This document shows positions 40,006 to 44,668 of a DNA stretch of 44,668 nucleotides, in pieces (the stretch's first letter is position 1; the number at the start of each line of letters is the position of its first letter). The stretch spans positions 1 through 44,668 of the IMG/VR virus record IMGVR_UViG_3300020042_005850; one strand, given 5' to 3'. The DNA is from a virus. Taxonomy: Duplodnaviria > Caudoviricetes. The position numbers and the translations under genes were made by a program. The notes beneath the pieces are model-generated. The model was not told the DNA's origin, did no database searches, and saw only the letters and a list, made by a program, of their open reading frames with translations.

Positions 40006-40265
40006 ATACAACTCTATTAATAGCTGAGCAAGACCTTACATGTGATAATTGTCAGCTCTACGAAAAACCAGACATACGACGACGGTGTAAGATAACCCAC
40101 TCATGTGGGTTTTTTTTGGAGTCAAATATGTCAGAAAGTAGATTTGTGAAATACACTCGCCCCGGTCAAAGCTGGTGTTCATTGGTAATGGCATTTATCT
40201 ACATAATGAATGGCGGAACAGATACTACCATTGCTAGGTTATTATTAGCACTACCGTGGACTTGA
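40002..40265 (+). CDS. Hypothetical protein (possibly degraded)
   Basis: ATGA-coupled to the endolysin with GAGGTG RBS; CxxC; contains a T9 run. Confidence 0.4.
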   Translation: MNTTLLIAEQDLTCDNCQLYEKPDIRRRCKITHSCGFFLESNMSESRFVKYTRPGQSWCSLVMAFIYIMNGGTDTTIARLLLALPWT

Positions 40266-40390
40266 GGCAGATTGGTAAGGGTGTGGAATCTTTCACAGCT
40301 AAGTAAATACATGGCCTACGCCGCATTTTCACATTATCAAACCTAAGTTACTGATTTTTATAGATTCGATTTTGTGGAAATGCGGCCTGA

Positions 40391-40412
40391 GCCGCTGAAT
40401 AAACTGTTATGT
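40391..40412 (+). mobile_element. Partial attC (right arm only); left array boundary
   Basis: GCCGCTGAAT-AAACT-GTTATGT, preceded by an inner stem GCCGCATTTTCACA/TGTGGAAATGCGGC. No intact R''. Confidence 0.65.
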
Positions 40413-40413
40413 T

Positions 40414-40566
40414 TTAGTCTTCATATTCCATTATGTGCAAAATTGCTTGTAGCTCTTCTGCTGTAAATGTGCCATCTAATTGAACCTCTTCATCGTCACC
40501 AATAAATTTAATCTCTCTATCTTTTTTAATATCTTTGATTATTTCTCTTGCCTCAAAACCTCTCAT
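40414..40566 (-). CDS. Cassette hypothetical protein (50 aa, not in the ORF track)
   Basis: MRGFEAREIIKD...LHIMEYED; AGGTGA RBS. Confidence 0.7.
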   Translation of the reverse strand: MRGFEAREIIKDIKKDREIKFIGDDEEVQLDGTFTAEELQAILHIMEYED

Positions 40567-40573
40567 AAGTCAC

Positions 40574-40738
40574 CTATTTATTTTTCAGGCTTTCCGCACA
40601 ACCAAGCAGCACAATTTTAAAAAGCTCCGGTTTGTCTTTGTGCCAGTTTATTAAAGTCTGCGCGCTCTGGCCGGTTAATTGCTGAACTTGAAGCAGGTTT
40701 TTTAGTCCTGCCTCTTTTGCCTGTTGGCTTGGGGTCAT
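40574..40738 (-). CDS. Small HTH DNA-binding protein (54 aa, not in the ORF track)
   Basis: MTPSQQAKEAGLKNLLQVQQLTGQSAQTLINWHKDKPELF; HTH pattern; GAGGTG RBS. Confidence 0.75.
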   Translation of the reverse strand: MTPSQQAKEAGLKNLLQVQQLTGQSAQTLINWHKDKPELFKIVLLGCAESLKNK

Positions 40739-40899
40739 TTAAGCACCTCAAAATAATGGCTTTCAATAAATCCACCGCCAACTGCAAAACCTGAAGATGT
40801 TATTTTTTCAGTTCTAACGGTCCAAACCTCACCAGGTTTAAATTTAAACCTAGGAAGAAACGCATCTTTTACAATGCGCACATTTGTATATTTCTCCAT
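40735..40899 (-). CDS. Cassette hypothetical protein
   Basis: MEKYTNVRIVKD...; coupled to the upstream and downstream ORFs. Confidence 0.65.
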   Translation of the reverse strand: MEKYTNVRIVKDAFLPRFKFKPGEVWTVRTEKITSSGFAVGGGFIESHYFEVLK

Positions 40900-40900
40900 A

Positions 40901-41047
40901 TTAAACCACCGAACTGTATGTGCCATTTTCGTACGCAGTGCAAGAGTAAAAGGCTTTGCCTCTTGGTTTTTGGAGCTTGAGAAGTGTGCGCCCGTTAACT
41001 TTCGTTGATTTTATTACTTTGTATTCTTGGCCGTTTATTGTTAACAT
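40901..41047 (-). CDS. Cassette hypothetical protein (48 aa, basic, not in the ORF track)
   Basis: MLTINGQEYKVIKSTKVNGRTLLKLQKPRGK...; GAGGG RBS; directly after a promoter. Confidence 0.7.
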   Translation of the reverse strand: MLTINGQEYKVIKSTKVNGRTLLKLQKPRGKAFYSCTAYENGTYSSVV

Positions 41048-41079
41048 TTTTTAACCCTCGTTTGTGTTTGTATGTTGTT

Positions 41080-41107
41080 AGTATAACAAACTATTTGAAG
41101 GAATCAA
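41080..41107 (-). promoter_or_regulatory. Sigma70-type promoter internal to the first cassette
   Basis: TTGATT-16 nt-TATACT with an extended -10 TG. Confidence 0.7.
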
Positions 41108-41130
41108 GCTTTATTTAAAACTATTTGATT

Positions 41131-41334
41131 TTATGTGTTCGGTGCTGAAAGAAATCGCCAATGCGTGTAGTTGTGTAAATAGTTATGGTCACAATCCCCA
41201 TATTTGTCTATCTTATCAATGTAGTGTAAAGGTGAGTCTCTCATTGTTTTTTCGCCATCGTAAAATTCAACCCAAGTCTCTATTGGTGGCGTGCGGGGTT
41301 TTTCACCAGTACGCCATATTTTTATCCATTCCAT
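41131..41334 (-). CDS. DUF551-like small phage protein
   Basis: MEWIK...P...THW..L..P pattern; GAGG RBS. Confidence 0.6.
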   Translation of the reverse strand: MEWIKIWRTGEKPRTPPIETWVEFYDGEKTMRDSPLHYIDKIDKYGDCDHNYLHNYTHWRFLSAPNT

Positions 41335-41349
41335 ATCTATAACCTCTAT

Positions 41350-41562
41350 TTAGTCTATTCCAAGTTCCGTCACATTTACTGGTTCTATCGTAAAGTTGCA
41401 GCCAAACTGTGCAACATTAAACGCTAAATGTTCGTCACAAAAACAACCATTGGCGCGTACTATTTTTCCCGTTGCTGGTTTTTTGCAGTTAAAAAACTTG
41501 CACATAACAAGCGTATCAACTGGACAAGCCAAGGCGTTGCTGTTTTCTGTCTCAAGTTCCAT
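41350..41562 (-). CDS. Cassette Cys/His protein whose N-terminus is encoded inside attC
   Basis: MELETENSNALACPVDTLVMC is read from the attC left arm; C...C...CDEH. Confidence 0.6.
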   Translation of the reverse strand: MELETENSNALACPVDTLVMCKFFNCKKPATGKIVRANGCFCDEHLAFNVAQFGCNFTIEPVNVTELGID

Positions 41563-41619
41563 AAATTTCACCGTGTTAAAAGTTTTTCATTTGCTTGCGC
41601 AGTTATCCGAGCGTTACAT
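41502..41619 (+). mobile_element. attC site
   Basis: ACATAAC-5-TATCAACT ... AGTTATC-5-GTTACAT. Confidence 0.88.
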
Positions 41620-41622
41620 TCA

Positions 41623-41820
41623 CTAGCCTAACACCTTATTCAAATTCTCAAACTCTGAAAAAGTAATGCTTCGAGTGAAAGTTAAAACCCATTTTTCCGG
41701 CTGTTTTTGTGTGAACAAAATTAGCTCATTAAATTCACCCTCAAATACATCCATATCGTAGTTCCAAGGGTTTGAATTATTAAACTTGTTCTGCCACATG
41801 TAAGAATAAAACCAATACAT
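41623..41820 (-). CDS. Cassette hypothetical protein
   Basis: Strong RBS AGGAGGTGA. Confidence 0.8.
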   Translation of the reverse strand: MYWFYSYMWQNKFNNSNPWNYDMDVFEGEFNELILFTQKQPEKWVLTFTRSITFSEFENLNKVLG

Positions 41821-41851
41821 AAATCACCTCCTAAATTAAATTGCTATGCAA

Positions 41852-41924
41852 ATGTAACCAGTCGTTGGTACTCGCTCGTTCCTCGCTGGACGCACTACGT
41901 GCGCCGCACAACTCGGCGTTATGA
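41852..41924 (+). mobile_element. attC site
   Basis: ATGTAAC-CAGTC-GTTGGT ... GCACAAC-TCGGC-GTTATGA. Confidence 0.88.
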
Positions 41925-42137
41925 CTCTAGCGCTAGTTTTGCTTTTTCTTCTACTCTGTCAAACCCAACTCCGTAAACATTACCTTGGGTTTGTTGCACG
42001 TAGCGTAACCCGCTTCTAGCATCTAGCAACGCATCTTCTAGCTGGCGTGCTTGTCGCGCAAACTCATCCATAGTCCACTCGTCTGGCCTATCAGTTCTAT
42101 ATCGTTCTAATTTTTCGCTTAGCTTCACTTTCATCAC
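41919..42137 (-). CDS. Cassette hypothetical protein
   Basis: GGAG RBS; stop in R'. Confidence 0.8.
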   Translation of the reverse strand: MMKVKLSEKLERYRTDRPDEWTMDEFARQARQLEDALLDARSGLRYVQQTQGNVYGVGFDRVEEKAKLALES

Positions 42138-42149
42138 TCCGGTATTTGG

Positions 42150-42237
42150 TCATAACAAGGCGTTCCAGCACGGATGCTGCAAGAACTCGCCTTGTAGTTG
42201 GTTTTGGTGCTGGCACCGCTGAACATTGGCGTTATGT
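42150..42237 (+). mobile_element. attC site
   Basis: TCATAAC-5-GTTCCAGC ... GCTGAAC-6-GTTATGT. Confidence 0.92.
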
Positions 42238-42489
42238 AGCCATCCAATCAAGATTATCCCCGTACTTTGAGCGTAATGCCGTTGAAAACTCTTCGCCAGT
42301 GGCAGGAGTTTCATTTCTTTGTACTTCTAGCCATTTTGCAATTCTTTCGCGCTCGGCTATTTCTGCTTCCATTACAGATTGTTTTAATGCCTGCAATAAA
42401 CTTCTACTATTCGGCATTCCAACATTTTCCATAAGCTGCTTGTATCTTTCATCTGTTAACATATCTAAATCCTCGCAAGCATCCGACAC
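42232..42489 (-). CDS. Cassette hypothetical protein
   Basis: Fills the cassette from R'' to R'; start uncertain (GTG 42489 or internal ATG). Confidence 0.75.
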   Translation of the reverse strand: MSDACEDLDMLTDERYKQLMENVGMPNSRSLLQALKQSVMEAEIAERERIAKWLEVQRNETPATGEEFSTALRSKYGDNLDWMAT

Positions 42490-42573
42490 ATAACAAAAAT
42501 ATGAACTGGATGCGGTTTAAGTTGGGCGCACTTCTGTTTAGTTAGAAGCGCACCAGTTATATTGGCGTTAAGT
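42488..42573 (+). mobile_element. attC site
   Basis: ACATAAC-5-TATGAACT-GGATGCG ... CGCACC-AGTTATA-5-GTTAAGT. Confidence 0.92.
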
Positions 42574-42768
42574 GTTCTCAATCATCGAGTTCGGCACTCG
42601 TAATTGAAGTTTTTCATAAATGCTTTTTGCTAACCGGTAGTCTTCTTTTTCTAAGTATTCTGGGTTTAGGTCTTGCACGGCGTTGAACCACTGGCATACC
42701 TTGTAAAGCTCGTTTTGCGTAAGCATTTTTTGAACAAGTGGGTCACCGCCTTGATTGTCTTGTGCCAT
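42568..42768 (-). CDS. Cassette hypothetical protein
   Basis: GGAG RBS; stop in R'. Confidence 0.75.
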   Translation of the reverse strand: MAQDNQGGDPLVQKMLTQNELYKVCQWFNAVQDLNPEYLEKEDYRLAKSIYEKLQLRVPNSMIENT

Positions 42769-42808
42769 TTTCTTTAACTCCGTAGTTAAATTTTTACCGT
42801 TAGAATCT

Positions 42809-42917
42809 ACTTAACAAGTCGCTGAAAGGCGACGGTTCATAAATCTGTTTTCTGTTCTGGCATCTTCATGCCGCGCTTTACTCTCATTCCCTGCCGCAAT
42901 TTATAACGGCGTTACAT
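42809..42917 (+). mobile_element. attC site (composite, with two right arms)
   Basis: Left arm ACTTAAC-AAGTC-GCTGAAAG; an incomplete matching arm GCCGCGCTTTACTC; then a second arm GCCGCAATTTATAACGGCGTTACAT. Confidence 0.75.
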
Positions 42918-43106
42918 TTCAATGTTGTTGAAAGCCTTAACCTTTATTTCAACCTCGGATGGCCGTATTGGGTAGAATTTATCATCAATAATTTTTCTGC
43001 AAATATCCAGCAAATTGTCTTTTGATAAATCCGCGTCAATGATTCCAAACCAAAATTTATTTACGTCTTTATTCCAAAGCTCAAACTGCAAAAAATATGT
43101 TTTCAT
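42912..43106 (-). CDS. Cassette hypothetical protein
   Basis: MKTYFLQF...; GGTGGT RBS; stop in R'. Confidence 0.78.
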   Translation of the reverse strand: MKTYFLQFELWNKDVNKFWFGIIDADLSKDNLLDICRKIIDDKFYPIRPSEVEIKVKAFNNIEM

Positions 43107-43118
43107 ACCACCACCAAA

Positions 43119-43201
43119 ATGTAACAAAGTTATCAAACGGATGCGGCTATAACACCGCATTATTTATTTTCGTACTGGCACCGTTTATAACGGCGTTATG
43201 T
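43119..43201 (+). mobile_element. attC site
   Basis: ATGTAAC-5-TATCAAAC-GGATGC ... GCACC-GTTTATA-5-GTTATGT. Confidence 0.92.
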
Positions 43202-43390
43202 GTACGTCCTGCACTTGCTTTCCATGTGCTGGCTTGATTCAAAAAATCCATGCGCCCAATAATCCTCAAAATCACAATCTTTGCATTTCGTGAATGCTTC
43301 GCTAATAATTCCGTTGTCAGTATCATTAGCCTCAACTTCGTTTTTCCCTCCGCATTTGTTGCAAGAGTCTTTAACGTGGTAAGTCGCCAT
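43196..43390 (-). CDS. Cassette zinc-ribbon protein
   Basis: CNKC...CKDC; GGAG RBS adjacent to R''; stop in R'. Confidence 0.78.
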   Translation of the reverse strand: MATYHVKDSCNKCGGKNEVEANDTDNGIISEAFTKCKDCDFEDYWAHGFFESSQHMESKCRTYT

Positions 43391-43400
43391 AAGTAGCTCC

Positions 43401-43484
43401 ACATAACCAGTAAATGAACGCGACGGAATTAGAGCGTCGCAATGTTTTAAATCTTACAGCCGCAGCGTTATTAAGGCGTTATAC
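43401..43484 (+). mobile_element. attC site
   Basis: ACATAAC-5-AATGAACG ... CGTTATT-5-GTTATAC. Confidence 0.9.
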
Positions 43485-43709
43485 GGCGCTCTTGTCGTCC
43501 AGCGTTCTAACTCGCTCAACATTGCCGCACTTGTTGCACTTAACGCGTAAATGGTCTTTTTTGGCAGTAAGCTTGTAAAATAAATCATACTCGCTGCTTT
43601 GCACGAACTCGGTTTCAATCCGCTTTAGAGAAGACGAGTCAATTACGTTTGTTCTAACTATGAATTTAGTATCTAAATCTTTGCTTCCGCACTTATTACA
43701 GTTTTCCAC
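43479..43709 (-). CDS. Cassette zinc-ribbon protein
   Basis: CNKCG...CNKCG; GTG start likely; stop in R'. Confidence 0.75.
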   Translation of the reverse strand: MENCNKCGSKDLDTKFIVRTNVIDSSSLKRIETEFVQSSEYDLFYKLTAKKDHLRVKCNKCGNVERVRTLDDKSAV

Positions 43710-43721
43710 TTCGTCTGCCCC

Positions 43722-43807
43722 GTATAACAAGTAGCGTCAAAATGACGCGGTTTAAATATCAGTTTTTAATGCTTACTCCCAGCGCGCATTTGCGCTAAGC
43801 GTTAAAT
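43722..43807 (+). mobile_element. attC site
   Basis: GTATAAC-5-GCGTCAAAATGACGCG ... CGCGCATTTGCGC-5-GTTAAAT. Confidence 0.88.
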
Positions 43808-44038
43808 ATCATCCGCAACACTGTACGCTGTAATTAGCGTCAGGCTCGATGGAACTTCATATTCGTGTCGTTTATTGATTTCGATAAGCTTTTCAATTGC
43901 GGCTTCTTCTGAATCATGGCCGCCCCAACTATTAAGTGATTCAGTATTGTAATATGCGCCGAATTCTTTTGGCTCTTTCAGCAACCCATCGCTCGTTAAT
44001 TCTTTCCAGTAGTATTTTTTCTTAATCATCGCAAGCAT
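43802..44038 (-). CDS. Cassette hypothetical protein
   Basis: Fills the cassette; stop in R'. Confidence 0.8.
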   Translation of the reverse strand: MLAMIKKKYYWKELTSDGLLKEPKEFGAYYNTESLNSWGGHDSEEAAIEKLIEINKRHEYEVPSSLTLITAYSVADDI

Positions 44039-44043
44039 CCCAA

Positions 44044-44126
44044 ATTTAACGCCGTTATGAAATTGACGGAAATAGAATTCCGCGTTTAGTTAGTTCGTGC
44101 AGCCGCAATTTATAACGGCGTTAAGT
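44044..44126 (+). mobile_element. attC site (fully paired outer stem)
   Basis: ATTTAACGCCGTTAT-G-AAATTG-A-CGG ... CCG-CAATTT-ATAACGGCGTTAAGT. Confidence 0.9.
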
Positions 44127-44548
44127 GGCGCTAATAGCCCGCAAAAGCTCGTAGGCCACCATCGGATCAATTGCGTTACCTAATGATTTATTTCTGTCCA
44201 TCCTATTGGGTAATTCATCATCCACTCTAAGCGCAGGGGGCTTAATTCCCCATCGCCCAATCGCACGGCCTCGCCAGTCCACTCCAAACCGTAAACCGCA
44301 GCGTCCTTCATTGTTGCTATCTTTTTCCGGCCCTTGCGCGCAGTATTCATTTGCCGCGCCATCGCTTCTGGTGACCTCGCTTTCATTGCGTCCATTGCTT
44401 GCGGCGTAGGCCACAATAAAAACTCGCTCCCTGTTATGGTTTGCACCTGTGCTGAGAGCTGGAACAACAAACGGTTGGCAGGCGTAACCAAGGGCTTCCA
44501 AATCGTGCAACACACAGTCCAGTCCCAAAGCGATGTGGCCATAAACAT
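44121..44548 (-). CDS. C5-cytosine DNA methyltransferase, main chain, C-terminal part
   Basis: ENV (motif VI), HNRERVFIVA (motif VIII) and SLGNAIDP (motif X). No motif IX in this frame. Stop TAA lies in the attC R' box. Confidence 0.93.
44180..44548 (-). CDS. Putative second (beta) subunit of the methyltransferase, overlapping in the +1 frame (start ATG at 162 across the junction; 176 aa)
   Basis: Open frame MVKTLQELTLLP...LWPTP...LSPLRLEWMMNYPIGWT, whose C-terminus resembles C5-MTase motif IX. It is fully nested in the main gene. Confidence 0.75.
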   Translation of the reverse strand: MFMATSLWDWTVCCTIWKPLVTPANRLLFQLSAQVQTITGSEFLLWPTPQAMDAMKARSPEAMARQMNTARKGRKKIATMKDAAVYGLEWTGEAVRLGDGELSPLRLEWMMNYPIGWTEINH

Positions 44549-44668
44549 TTTCGCAAATTGCCCAAGTGGGTTTTGCTTGTGCAATAATTCTGCGCATTTC
44601 CGGCCAGAGGTGGCGTGAATCATCTTGCGCTTTTTGGCTTCCGGCAACGCTAAAAGGCTGGCACGGGT
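44549..44668. repeat. Terminal direct repeat, right copy
   Basis: Identical to 1-120. Confidence 0.97.

Larger units (their letters stand above)
40391..44548 (+). mobile_element. Integron-type gene cassette array without integrase (CALIN-like); continues to 718 across the junction
   Basis: 10 complete attC sites of 73-118 bp plus 2 partial sites, separating 11 cassettes. Confidence 0.9.

Noticed and set aside
735-40300. Integrase/repressor lysogeny module, tRNA genes or an alternative genetic code
   Set aside because: No tyrosine or serine recombinase motifs or cloverleafs were recognised, and long genes are intact under the standard code.
40100-40306. Frameshift or stop read-through at the T9 run extending the 40002 ORF
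   Set aside because: The alternative frames contain stops and give no recognisable product.
42146-42493. Plus-strand ORFs in the cassette array (also 41133, 41396, 41428, 44206, 44334) as canonical cassette genes
   Set aside because: They run through attC sites or lack an RBS, whereas the minus-strand ORFs have RBSs and fit the cassette boundaries.
42728-42805. Additional degenerate attC inside a cassette (GAACAAGTGGGTCACC...GTTAGAA)
   Set aside because: Arms do not pair convincingly and the cassette's outer R boxes already match each other.
43147-43404. Second overlapping ORF in the zinc-ribbon cassette
   Set aside because: Alternative frame with no recognisable motif that runs into the attC; the 43196-43390 frame has the RBS and CxxC pairs.
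40391-44548. CRISPR array or simple terminator/REP repeats
   Set aside because: Repeats are non-identical 73-118 bp palindromes with attC boxes, lack U-tracts, and are separated by whole ORFs rather than 30-40 bp spacers.

Overview
The window is an apparently complete, circularly assembled tailed-phage genome of about 44.5 kb. Bases 1-120 are repeated exactly at 44549-44668. The structural module (minus strand, 12.0-37.8 kb) is podovirus-like, with BPP-1/T7-type portal, capsid, cement, tail tubular A/B, ejection proteins and tail fibre. The replication module (0.7-12.0 kb) has a primase-helicase, DUF2800 nuclease, DUF2815 SSB, MazG-like enzyme, family B polymerase, VRR-NUC, kinase and SNF2 helicase. 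I see no integrase, reverse transcriptase, CRISPR array or tRNA. The standout feature is a 4.9 kb array of 11 integron-type gene cassettes across the circular junction (40391-44548 plus 1-718). It has 10 complete attC sites and 2 partial ones, and no integron integrase. The R'/R'' boxes flanking each cassette are complementary, as expected for cassettes that have really been mobile. Every cargo ORF runs antisense to the canonical attC orientation, and most stop in the R' box. One cassette carries a C5 methyltransferase apparently split over two overlapping frames. Other oddities are an intein in the helicase that hides an HNH endonuclease in a different frame, a nested inverted-repeat region, a recurring operator-like motif and a polyvalent ejection protein. 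All protein assignments come from motif recognition by eye, not from database searches.
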